From Oscillospiraceae bacterium (lineage in GTDB: Bacteria; Bacillota; Clostridia; Oscillospirales; Ruminococcaceae): a DNA stretch of 64,000 nt. The translations under genes and the position numbers were made by a program. The notes under the pieces were generated by a model. The model was given only the letters and a program-made list of their open reading frames with translations. It searched no databases and was not told the DNA's origin. The DNA lies in NCBI GenBank assembly GCA_029007985.1, contig JAQXIW010000026.1, positions 560 to 64,559 on the forward strand. Reading direction: 5' to 3'. Positions 35,590-44,432 of the stretch are shown here, in pieces; position 1 is the first letter of the stretch; the number at the start of each line of letters is the position of its first letter.

Positions 35590-36900
35590 ATGGAACAGAC
35601 TACATTTTTTGATAACTCATTGCCGCTGCGGGCAAGACTGCGCCCGGAAAATCTGTCGGAATTTGCAGGTCAGAAACATCTTTTGGGCGAGGGCAAGGTG
35701 CTGAGAAGGCTCATCGAGAGCGACAATATTTCATCAATGATATTTTGGGGGCCGCCGGGTGTGGGCAAAACCACCTTGGCACGAATCATTGCGCGACAGA
35801 CAAAGGCAAAGTTTATAGACTTTTCCGCCGTCACAAGCGGAATAAAAGAAATACGAGAAGTAATGCAGAGAGCCGACGAAAACAGGCGATACGGCGAAAA
35901 AACCATTGTATTTGTGGACGAAATCCACCGCTTCAACAAGGCGCAGCAGGACGCTTTTTTGCCTTTTGTGGAAAAAGGGGCTATCATTCTGATTGGCGCA
36001 ACCACCGAAAATCCGTCTTTTGAGATTAACGGCGCCCTGCTGTCAAGGTGCAAGGTTTTTGTGTTACAGCCGCTGTCGGCGGATGACATTGTCGCTCTGC
36101 TCAAAAGGGCGATAAGCGATGAAAGGGGCTTTGGCAATCTGAAAATAAACATCGGTGACGACATATTGGACTATGTGGCGAATTTTGCCAACGGCGACGC
36201 CCGCAATGCCCTTACCACGCTTGAAATGCTGGTGCTGAACAGCAATGAAGAGGGCGGCGTCATAACCGTCACCGAGCAGACATTAAAGGATTTGACCGGC
36301 CGAAAGTCGCTTTTGTACGACAAAAAGGGCGAGGAGCACTATAATTTAATATCCGCGCTTCACAAGTCGATGAGAAATTCCGACCCGGACGCCGCTGTGT
36401 ATTGGCTTGCCAGAATGTTGGAGGCGGGGGGGGACCCGCTCTACATCGCCAGGAGAATTATTCGATTCGCCTCGGAGGACATCGGTATAGCCGACCCGCG
36501 CGCTCTGGATTTGGCGGTTTCGGTATATCAGGCCTGTCATTTTCTGGGTATGCCGGAATGTAACGTACACTTGACTCAGGCCGTCGTCTATATGTCGATT
36601 GTGCCTAAATCCAATGCTCTGTATATCGCCTACGGCAGACGGCGAGAGGATGCGCAGAAAATGCTTGCCGAGCCGGTGCCGTTGGTCATACGCAACGGCG
36701 TCACATCGCTTATGAGCGATTTGGGCTACGGCAAGGGCTACCAATACGCCCATGACACCGAGGACAAGCTGACAAATATGCAATGTCTGCCGGATTCTTT
36801 GCTCGGCCGCGAATACTACACCCCGACGGAGCAGGGGCAGGAGGCAAAATTTAAGCAAAGACTGCGGCTTATAAAAGAATGGAAAGAAAAGCATAAATAA
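35590..36900 (+). CDS. rarA: Replication-associated recombination protein A (AAA+ ATPase)
   Basis: Walker A GPPGVGKTT, Walker B VFVDEIHRFNK, plus the MgsA C-terminal domain (HYNLISALHKSMRNSDPDAAVYWLARML). Confidence 0.92.
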   Translation: MEQTTFFDNSLPLRARLRPENLSEFAGQKHLLGEGKVLRRLIESDNISSMIFWGPPGVGKTTLARIIARQTKAKFIDFSAVTSGIKEIREVMQRADENRRYGEKTIVFVDEIHRFNKAQQDAFLPFVEKGAIILIGATTENPSFEINGALLSRCKVFVLQPLSADDIVALLKRAISDERGFGNLKINIGDDILDYVANFANGDARNALTTLEMLVLNSNEEGGVITVTEQTLKDLTGRKSLLYDKKGEEHYNLISALHKSMRNSDPDAAVYWLARMLEAGGDPLYIARRIIRFASEDIGIADPRALDLAVSVYQACHFLGMPECNVHLTQAVVYMSIVPKSNALYIAYGRRREDAQKMLAEPVPLVIRNGVTSLMSDLGYGKGYQYAHDTEDKLTNMQCLPDSLLGREYYTPTEQGQEAKFKQRLRLIKEWKEKHK

Positions 36901-36933
36901 TTATAATTTACATTATTAAGAAAGGAAAAAACT

Positions 36934-38292
36934 ATGTGTAATACTTTTAACGATTATTCAAATTACAGCGACTATCAAAAAAATCAAGTCACCGTCGCCG
37001 GTACAATGGCGTATCTCATCGGGGCGAAGACGGAATTTTTTGAAAACTATATCACCGATGCGGAGGAATTTGAAAAGCTGAAAGCCAACGAAAACGCGGT
37101 TATTATGAGAGCTCTGTGCAATATCCGTTCAAATCTGATGCTTAATTTCTCAAAAACCGACAATTTAATGCGCTACGATATGCAAAACATAGACCGACAG
37201 GCAATTTATTCCGAGGATGTCGCTATGCTATATAAAAACGGCATAAACTTGGTTAAAGCCAACTATACGGTCAACAAATATTTGCGGGATATCAATACTC
37301 ACATTGTAAACAGACTTGATAAAATTAAAGGCTTTTTTCCGGACTGGGTGGAATGGGCGTACATCAAGGATTTATTCATTATGCCGAAAGGCACGGTTGA
37401 AAGCTCGATAGTATCCGAATCAAAAAAATATCAGCAAAATCAGGGCTACTACCCGTATAAAAGATACATTCATTGGAACCCGGTTGACAAAGGCAACATT
37501 CTGCTTAACGATGTAAAGTTTTTGGACATTGTTTACAGACAGCACAATGATATTTTCACCGACAAATCAAAGGTTCTGGACGCCTCCGAGACCACAAAGG
37601 GCAATATTTACGACTTTATTTCCAACGCGGAATCTGCAGTCGTAGTCGTCGACTGTGAAAATTCCGACGCGTACAAGATAGCCTCCGTCTTAAAACAGCT
37701 CAACCCGGAGGAACTGTCAAAGATTAAAAAAATAATGCTCTACGACGACAAGCACACCACAAACGCCTGGAAGTATATGAAAGCCGTTACAAACATTGAT
37801 GTGGAGTACGAGGAGATAAAGCGAATCAACGAGTACAAATCTCTGGTCGATATGCGTATGGGAATGGGCATTTCCCGTGAATTTTACAAAAACAATGTGG
37901 ATTCTTTTATTATTTGCTCGTCGGATTCGGACTATTGGGCGGTAATTTCCGAATTGCCGGAGGCAAATTTCCTGGTTATGATGGAATACGACAAGTGCGG
38001 CGGCGACATCAAGGGCGAGCTTGCCGAACACGGCATTTATTATTGCTCGATAGACGATTTTTGTACAGGCAATATTGCGAGCTTCAAAAATGTGGTGCTT
38101 ATATCCGAGCTGAAGGACAGAATCTCAAATCTGTTCGAGCTGAACGCCGACACGCTGGTTGACAATGTGTTTATCGCCGCCAGAATCGACGCCACCGACG
38201 CAGAAAAAAAGAGTTTTTACGACAAGTACATAAAGAAAATGACCGTCGCTATCGACGACAACGGCAATATGTCGCTGAAAATACCGGATTGA
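36934..38292 (+). CDS. Hypothetical protein with a C-terminal NYN/PIN-like (LabA-type) nuclease domain
   Basis: VVVVDCENS, KSLVDMRM and IICSSDSDYWAV match the acidic-residue layout of NYN domains. The N-terminal ~240 aa are not recognised. Confidence 0.65.
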   Translation: MCNTFNDYSNYSDYQKNQVTVAGTMAYLIGAKTEFFENYITDAEEFEKLKANENAVIMRALCNIRSNLMLNFSKTDNLMRYDMQNIDRQAIYSEDVAMLYKNGINLVKANYTVNKYLRDINTHIVNRLDKIKGFFPDWVEWAYIKDLFIMPKGTVESSIVSESKKYQQNQGYYPYKRYIHWNPVDKGNILLNDVKFLDIVYRQHNDIFTDKSKVLDASETTKGNIYDFISNAESAVVVVDCENSDAYKIASVLKQLNPEELSKIKKIMLYDDKHTTNAWKYMKAVTNIDVEYEEIKRINEYKSLVDMRMGMGISREFYKNNVDSFIICSSDSDYWAVISELPEANFLVMMEYDKCGGDIKGELAEHGIYYCSIDDFCTGNIASFKNVVLISELKDRISNLFELNADTLVDNVFIAARIDATDAEKKSFYDKYIKKMTVAIDDNGNMSLKIPD

Positions 38293-38358
38293 TAATTTTT
38301 CAATAACATTTCAGTTGAGGCAGAGGATATATTTATTATGTTATGAGATAATTTTTTT

Positions 38359-38569
38359 GCAAGGCTCCACTTGTCAGGGGGTGCGGGTGTCCGGTGGACA
38401 CCTTTGCTGCAGGCAAAAGCGCCGACCGAGCCGACAGGCGAGACCCGGCAAAACGGAGTTTTGACTGAGGGGTAGTCTTTGAATAAAGGATATTATAGAT
38501 TGCTATATTTCGTTCTCTCTCTCCGTCACGGCTCTGCCGTGCCACCTCTCTCGTCAGAGAGAGGCTTGC
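38359..38569. repeat. Repeat cluster D = composite palindromic unit 5, long form (Y arm 38359-38477 with a 67-bp insert at 38382-38448; X arm 38513-38569)
   Basis: Near-identical framework to unit 3. The terminal hairpin is replaced by CAAAAC-GGA-GTTTTG. Confidence 0.85.
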
Positions 38570-38617
38570 ACAAGCGGCGCTACAATCAAAAGATAAATAT
38601 TATTATCAACTAATAAA

Positions 38618-38648
38618 GTCTCTGCCCCCGGGCAGAGATTTTTATTTT
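38618..38648 (+). terminator. Rho-independent terminator downstream of the rarA/NYN genes and repeat unit 5
   Basis: TCTCTGCC-CCCG-GGCAGAGA followed by TTTTTATTTT. Confidence 0.8.
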
Positions 38649-38981
38649 CAAAAGACGGCGGACACAGAGAATACATATATTTACATTACAATAATTATGG
38701 GTTACAATATTTCCGCATCACTAAATATGGTGGCTGCACACATAGATTGTAACATAATATAGTGTTTGTCATATTGTACAAATAATGTCGCGGCGAGGGC
38801 GAAAAATTTTGCATACCGCATGCGTAGATATACAATTAAAAAGCCGTATGCAGACAAAACTCTGTATATTCTCAGCAAAGCTTTATATTTTTATTACATT
38901 AAAGGCGGTTTTGTATACAAAAAGTACGGCGGCGTGAATATTTTTACATTGTGCAATATCACCAATCAAATAAAGACTTTG

Positions 38982-38997
38982 CGACAATATGTTGTGA
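38982..38997 (+). promoter_or_regulatory. NrdR box 1
   Basis: CGACAATATGTTGTGA compared with the NrdR consensus acaCwAtATaTwGtgt. Confidence 0.65.
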
Positions 38998-39013
38998 ATT
39001 ATCTATTGCACAA

Positions 39014-39029
39014 ACACAATATGTTGTGG
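39014..39029 (+). promoter_or_regulatory. NrdR box 2, abutting an extended -10 element (TGGTATACT, 39027-39035)
   Basis: ACACAATATGTTGTGG, positioned 32 bp (about 3 helical turns) after box 1. Confidence 0.7.
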
Positions 39030-39088
39030 TATACTATATTCACTGAAAAATGAAATAACCGTGCGTTCTATAAATAATCGGAGGGAAT

Positions 39089-41281
39089 ATGGAAATAATC
39101 AAAAGAAACGGCGTAAAAGAAACTTTCAACGACCAGAAAATTTTCAACGCCATATATAAAGCAAATCAAAATGCCGAGGTAAAACCGGACGACCGCATGC
39201 TCGATTCGGAAATTTCGGCTGTCACAAACCGTGTTGTCGCAAAGTGCTCCGCCATGGATAAAATACCGGGTGTCGAGGACATTCAGGATTTCGTTGAAGA
39301 AGAGCTCATGGCGAGAGGCTTCCATGCAGTTGCAAAGGCCTATATCAAATACCGCTATCTGCACACAATGAGAAGAGACAGATACGAAGAGATGATGGAA
39401 ATCGTCAGAGACAAGGTCACGGCGTCAAATGTTCAGAATCAGAACGCCAATGTGGACGAATTTTCCTTCGGCGGCAGAATGGGCGAGACTTCCGACGCCA
39501 TTCTCAAAAACTATGCTCTCGAATACTGCATGTCAAAGATGGCGAGAGAAAACCATCTGAACAACGAGGTCTACATTCACGACCTGTCACACTACGCCTT
39601 GGGCGACCACAACTGTCTCTCTGTGCCGTTTGACCACCTTTTGGCCACCGGCTTTAACACAAGACAGACGGATGTCAGACCGGCTAATTCCGTAAACACG
39701 GCTTTCCAGCTTGTTGCGGTTATTTTCCAGCTCCAGTCGCTGCAGCAGTTCGGCGGCGTATCCGCCACACACCTTGACTGGACAATGGTGCCTTATGTCA
39801 AAAAGTCCTTCTACAAGCATTACAGAGACGGCTTGAAATATCTTGACGAAAAGGAAATGCCTGCCGATTTCACAAATGAAATGTCCATCGGCGACGAAAA
39901 GTACAAGGAATACTCGCCGAAAGCCTACAAGTTCGCATACGATATGACGGAAAAAGAGACATTCCAGGCTGTCGAGGGCATGTACCACAACCTCAACACA
40001 CTTCAGTCCCGTTCCGGCAACCAGCTGCCGTTCACATCAATCAACTACGGTACCTGCACATCGCCGGAGGGCAGAATGGTAATCAAGGCTCTGCTTGAAG
40101 CCTCTATCGAGGGCGTGGGCAGACTGCACAAAACCGCCATTTTCCCATGCGGAATTTTCCAGTGCATGAAGGGTGTCAACCGTCGGGAAGGCGACCCGAA
40201 CTACGATTTGTTCCAGCTGGCTCTCAAATCCACGGCAAAACGCCTTTACCCGAACTACGCAAATGTCGACTGGTCGGGCAACGCCGGCTACGACATCAAC
40301 GACCCGAGAACATATTTCTCAACCATGGGCTGCCGCACGGCAAACGGCTGGGATATAAACGGCTTCGGTCAGATGAAGGACGGCAGAGGCAATATCTGCC
40401 CGACGACAATCATTATGCCGACTCTTGCAATGGAGGCCGACAGAGATGTCGAAAAGTTTATGGCTTTGCTGGATAAGAAAATCCACGAGGCAAAGGATAT
40501 GCTTTTGGAAAGATTTGAGTGGATTTGCAGCCAGAATCCGCAGTCGGCTTCATTTATGTATGAAAACGGCCTTATGTCCGGCTATATCCCGTCGGAAGGT
40601 ATCCGTTCGGCTCTCAAACACGGCACACTTGCCCTGGGTCAGCTGGGTCTTGCCGAGACTTTACAGCTTCTCATCGGCAAAAACCAGACCACCGAAGAAG
40701 GCATGGCTTTGGCAAAGAGAATCGAAGGTCTTTTCAAACAGAGATGCGCCGAGTTCAAGGAAGAGTACAAGCTCAATTTCGGCGTATACTACACACCTGC
40801 CGAAAACCTTTGCTACACGGCTATGAAGAATTTCAGAAAGAAATACGGCGTCATCGAGAACGTATCCGACAAGGATTATTTCACAAACTCCATTCATGTG
40901 CCGGTTTGGGAAGAAGTCACGCCGTTTGAAAAAATCGACATTGAATCACAGCTCACAGGCTATTCATCCGCCGGCTGCATCACTTATGTAGAGCTGGATT
41001 CCAGCGTCAAGCACAATACAAAAGCCATTGAGACGGTCGTCAACTACGCTATGGACCACGACATTCCTTATTTCGCCATCAACATTCCTAACGACACATG
41101 TTTGGAATGCGGCTATACCGACGAAATCAACGAATGCTGCCCGATGTGCGGCTCAAAGAAAATCCGCAGACTGCGCCGTGTAACAGGCTATCTCACAGGC
41201 GACTACAAGACGAATTTCAATCTCGGCAAACAGCAGGAGACAGAAATGCGTACAAAACACACAGGAATTGAAATGTTCTGA
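39089..41281 (+). CDS. nrdD: Anaerobic ribonucleoside-triphosphate reductase (class III)
   Basis: N-terminal ATP-cone (IIKRNGVKETFNDQKI), C-terminal Zn ribbon CLECGY...CPMCG, and glycyl-radical motif RRVTGYL. Confidence 0.95.
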   Translation: MEIIKRNGVKETFNDQKIFNAIYKANQNAEVKPDDRMLDSEISAVTNRVVAKCSAMDKIPGVEDIQDFVEEELMARGFHAVAKAYIKYRYLHTMRRDRYEEMMEIVRDKVTASNVQNQNANVDEFSFGGRMGETSDAILKNYALEYCMSKMARENHLNNEVYIHDLSHYALGDHNCLSVPFDHLLATGFNTRQTDVRPANSVNTAFQLVAVIFQLQSLQQFGGVSATHLDWTMVPYVKKSFYKHYRDGLKYLDEKEMPADFTNEMSIGDEKYKEYSPKAYKFAYDMTEKETFQAVEGMYHNLNTLQSRSGNQLPFTSINYGTCTSPEGRMVIKALLEASIEGVGRLHKTAIFPCGIFQCMKGVNRREGDPNYDLFQLALKSTAKRLYPNYANVDWSGNAGYDINDPRTYFSTMGCRTANGWDINGFGQMKDGRGNICPTTIIMPTLAMEADRDVEKFMALLDKKIHEAKDMLLERFEWICSQNPQSASFMYENGLMSGYIPSEGIRSALKHGTLALGQLGLAETLQLLIGKNQTTEEGMALAKRIEGLFKQRCAEFKEEYKLNFGVYYTPAENLCYTAMKNFRKKYGVIENVSDKDYFTNSIHVPVWEEVTPFEKIDIESQLTGYSSAGCITYVELDSSVKHNTKAIETVVNYAMDHDIPYFAINIPNDTCLECGYTDEINECCPMCGSKKIRRLRRVTGYLTGDYKTNFNLGKQQETEMRTKHTGIEMF

Positions 41282-41298
41282 GAAAGAAGCTCTAAACC

Positions 41299-41808
41299 AT
41301 GAATTATTTGAATGTTACTAAATCAGATATAGCCAACGGCGAGGGCGTAAGGCTCGTTCTTTGGGTGAGCGGCTGTTCCCACGGCTGTGACGAATGTCAT
41401 AACCCGGAGAGCTGGAACCCAAACGCCGGCAAGAAATTTGACGATTTGACATTTGTCAAAATGCTGTCGGAGCTGGCAAAACCGGTCTATGACGGCATTA
41501 CATTGTCCGGCGGCGACCCGCTTTACCCGGCAAACAGAGAAGAAGTGGAAAATATCTGTCGCAAGATTAAAACCGTTTTCCCGAACAAGACAATTTGGCT
41601 GTGGACAGGCTATGATTGGGATGAAATCAAAGATTTGCCGCTTTTACAGTATGTCGACATAGTGGTTGACGGCAAATATGACAAGACCCGCCGCGATGTC
41701 ACAATCGCATTCAGGGGCTCTACAAACCAAAACATTATTGATGTACAGCCGTCTCTCAAAAGCGGAGAATGTATAATTCTCAACAGCATTTACGATGTAC
41801 GGTATTGA
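41299..41808 (+). CDS. nrdG: Anaerobic RNR activating protein (radical SAM)
   Basis: GEGVRLVLWVSGCSHGCDECHN cluster motif immediately downstream of nrdD. Confidence 0.9.
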   Translation: MNYLNVTKSDIANGEGVRLVLWVSGCSHGCDECHNPESWNPNAGKKFDDLTFVKMLSELAKPVYDGITLSGGDPLYPANREEVENICRKIKTVFPNKTIWLWTGYDWDEIKDLPLLQYVDIVVDGKYDKTRRDVTIAFRGSTNQNIIDVQPSLKSGECIILNSIYDVRY

Positions 41809-41815
41809 TTTATTA

Positions 41816-41841
41816 AAACGCTCTCAAAAGAGGGCGTTTTA
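41816..41841 (+). terminator. Rho-independent terminator of nrdDG
   Basis: ACGCTCTC-AAAA-GAGGGCGT followed by TTTATTT. Confidence 0.65.
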
Positions 41842-41907
41842 TTTGCATAACGGCTGAATTCATTGTATAATTATCTCATTGAAAATAAAATTTTTGCGGT
41901 GAAAGAT

Positions 41908-42582
41908 ATGAAAGAAACTGTAATTGACAATAAAAAAGTGCTTATTTACTGCGGAGAAAATCCGCGGTATATCCTGATACAGCCGGTGGACAGCCATGAC
42001 GCCGAAAGGCTTGAGAACGAGCTGAAAAAAATAAAAGAGTATCGGAAAAAGAAAAACTTTATCTTTGCGGCTTTTAATGTGGACAGTTGGAACAGGGATT
42101 TGTCGCCTTGGTGCGCCCCGGCGGTTTTCGGCGACGAGGCATTCGGCGACGGAGCGTCAGATACACTCAAATATATTACAGACAGCCTTCTGCCGGCCTT
42201 GAAAAGCGAATACGGATTACCTGATGATATTAAAGTCGTATTGGGCGGTTATTCTCTCGCCGGGCTGTTTGCCCTTTGGGCAGGTTATGAGACAAAAGTA
42301 TACGGTATAGCCGCCGCATCGCCGTCGGTGTGGTTTGAGGGCTTTGACAAATACACCGACTCTCACCGGCTTAAAGCCGAAAAAGTCTATCTTTCGGTGG
42401 GCAATAAAGAGGAAAAAACCCGCAATCAAACAATGGCGAGAGTGGGCGACAGGCTGAGGGCGCTGAATCGGGAATATACACGGGCGCTGGGGGAAAATAC
42501 CGCCTTTGAAATAAACCCGGGCAACCACTTTGTCGATACGGATATACGCACTGCTAAGGCATTTGCGTGGGTAATTAAATAG
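41908..42582 (+). CDS. Alpha/beta-hydrolase esterase (PF00756-like)
   Basis: GYSLAGLFALW nucleophile elbow (GxSxG). The TTG at 41863 lies inside a TGTATAAT promoter-like element, so the start is moved to the ATG at 41908. Confidence 0.7.
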   Translation: MKETVIDNKKVLIYCGENPRYILIQPVDSHDAERLENELKKIKEYRKKKNFIFAAFNVDSWNRDLSPWCAPAVFGDEAFGDGASDTLKYITDSLLPALKSEYGLPDDIKVVLGGYSLAGLFALWAGYETKVYGIAAASPSVWFEGFDKYTDSHRLKAEKVYLSVGNKEEKTRNQTMARVGDRLRALNREYTRALGENTAFEINPGNHFVDTDIRTAKAFAWVIK

Positions 42583-42590
42583 AGGATATT

Positions 42591-42800
42591 ATGATTTACG
42601 ACAAAAGACTGTCGCCGGAGATGAACCGGAAAATAGACGAAATAAAGGACGAATTCGGCACAGAGGAGCACTTAAAGCTTGTATTGGAAAAATACGACGG
42701 CTTCAAAAACGGCACTCTTGCTGATTGGTCGATAACCGAAGAGGATAAAAAATATTTTATCAGACTGCTCGAAATCGAAACCCGGCTGGTCCACGCCTAA
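42591..42800 (+). CDS. Hypothetical small protein (possibly a truncated form; see findings)
   Basis: 69-aa ORF with RBS AGAGGA. It is followed in the same frame by TAA-AAG-TAA and 47 more sense codons. Confidence 0.4.
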   Translation: MIYDKRLSPEMNRKIDEIKDEFGTEEHLKLVLEKYDGFKNGTLADWSITEEDKKYFIRLLEIETRLVHA

Positions 42801-43054
42801 AAGTAAAAAATCGCCCGGGCAAACAGAGAGATAGACGGCCGGGTGGACGACTTTGTCACAAGGCTGGAAAACAACTACTTTGACGACGGCATTGAAAGGA
42901 TAAAGAAAGAAAAGAAAAAGGGCTATTTCGATAAGCTTTTCGGCAAATAAAAGGCGGTATAAGGCTGAATAATTGCTTTCACCATAAAATTGCCGATTAC
43001 AGAGATACTATTTCTCAAAATAAACAAAATTCATACGGAATATACGGAAGAACC

Positions 43055-43639
43055 ATGAAAAAGAAATTCAAGATTACCTTTAATTCGCCTGTGATACTGA
43101 CCTTCTGTGCAATTTGCATTGTTTCGTTGGCCGTCAGCGCAATCACCGGCGGCGCCTCAAATATGGCTTTTTTTATGACCTACAATTCGGGCTTGGACAA
43201 CCCTATGACATATTTAAGGCTTTTTACCCATGTTTTCGGCCATGCAAATATTGAGCATTTGATGAATAATCTTACTTACATTTTGCTTTTGGGGCCAATG
43301 TTAGAGGAAAAATACGGCGGCAAAATCATCTGTGTTATAATCGCCCTGACCGCCGTCACGACAGGTTTGGCGAATATGCTTTTCTTTCCCGGCTCGGCTC
43401 TGCTCGGGGCGTCCGGCGTGGTATTTGCCTTTATCATTCTGTCCTCAATAACCGGTATAAAAGACGGCGAAATTCCGCTGACATTTATACTGATATTTGT
43501 ATTCTATATCGGGGCACAGATTTATCAGGGGCTTTTTGTGGCGGACAATGTGGCAAATTTTGCCCACATCATCGGCGGTATCGTCGGCGCGGCGGTGGGT
43601 TTCACCCTTGTGAACAGAAAACCGGACGCGGCATATTAA
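43055..43639 (+). CDS. Rhomboid family intramembrane serine protease
   Basis: Six TM segments, catalytic GASGVVFA and HIIGGIVG (Ser-His dyad), plus an HxxxN-like EHLMNN. Confidence 0.8.
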   Translation: MKKKFKITFNSPVILTFCAICIVSLAVSAITGGASNMAFFMTYNSGLDNPMTYLRLFTHVFGHANIEHLMNNLTYILLLGPMLEEKYGGKIICVIIALTAVTTGLANMLFFPGSALLGASGVVFAFIILSSITGIKDGEIPLTFILIFVFYIGAQIYQGLFVADNVANFAHIIGGIVGAAVGFTLVNRKPDAAY

Positions 43640-43822
43640 ACCGCAAATATTAGTCAACAGCAATAAATGCGCCGTGGGAAAGTGTTTTCCGCCGGCGTAT
43701 TTTTTATGCATTTTATATAAAAATGAGCGCAAAAAATCTATTTTGTGAAAAAACTGTTTTCCTTGAATATGCAAAAGCATAATAGTAAAATATTTATAGT
43801 AAACACAGGGGAGGGCAAACCG

Positions 43823-44410
43823 ATGGCGAAAACCGAATTAAAGGGCAACCGGAAGCGGACTGCGGCCGAAAAAACAATAGCAAAATCAGGTCTTAATAAT
43901 CTCAAAAGCGATTTTGCAAAACCTGTAATAACACAGGGCTATGTGTGCTTTCATTTGATAAGCGAGCCGAATCGGATACTGAGCAACTGGTATTCCTCTT
44001 CATTCGAGCTGGGCGGATTGAAATATTCCTCGGCAGAGCAGTATTTTATGCACCAAAAGGCGTTGACATTCGGCGATTTGGGCACCGCAAAAGTGCTGCT
44101 GTCCACAAACAACCCACAGAAAATCAAAATGTACGGTCGCATGGTAAAAAACTACAACGACAAGGTGTGGAACGGTATCAGGGCGGTAGTTCTCTATGAG
44201 GGACTGTTGGCAAAATTTTCACAAAATGAAGCCGCAAGACAGTTTTTGCTGTCGACGGGCGACGCCGTACTCTGTGAGTGCGCCAAAAACGATTTAATAT
44301 GGGGTAACGGCATGGATATGAACGACCCCGACCGTCTGGATATGAGCAAATGGCGCGGCGAGAGTTTGCTCGGGTTTATACTGATGAAAGTCAGAGAGAA
44401 AATAAAGTAA
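43823..44410 (+). CDS. NADAR (YbiA/DUF1768) family protein
   Basis: LSNWYSSSFELGGLKYSSAEQYFMHQKA and DLIWGNG blocks. Start set at the ATG after GGGGAGGG. Confidence 0.8.
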   Translation: MAKTELKGNRKRTAAEKTIAKSGLNNLKSDFAKPVITQGYVCFHLISEPNRILSNWYSSSFELGGLKYSSAEQYFMHQKALTFGDLGTAKVLLSTNNPQKIKMYGRMVKNYNDKVWNGIRAVVLYEGLLAKFSQNEAARQFLLSTGDAVLCECAKNDLIWGNGMDMNDPDRLDMSKWRGESLLGFILMKVREKIK

Positions 44411-44432
44411 AATTAAATAAAGGAGTTTATAT

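Noticed and set aside
38766-39053. 95-aa ORF upstream of nrdD.
   Set aside because: It is AT-rich, starts with a non-ATG codon, overlaps the NrdR boxes and the promoter, and has no RBS.
41863-41907. Longer TTG-initiated form of the esterase ORF.
   Set aside because: The TTG sits inside a TGTATAAT extended -10-like element directly after the nrdG terminator. The ATG at 41908 is the more plausible start.
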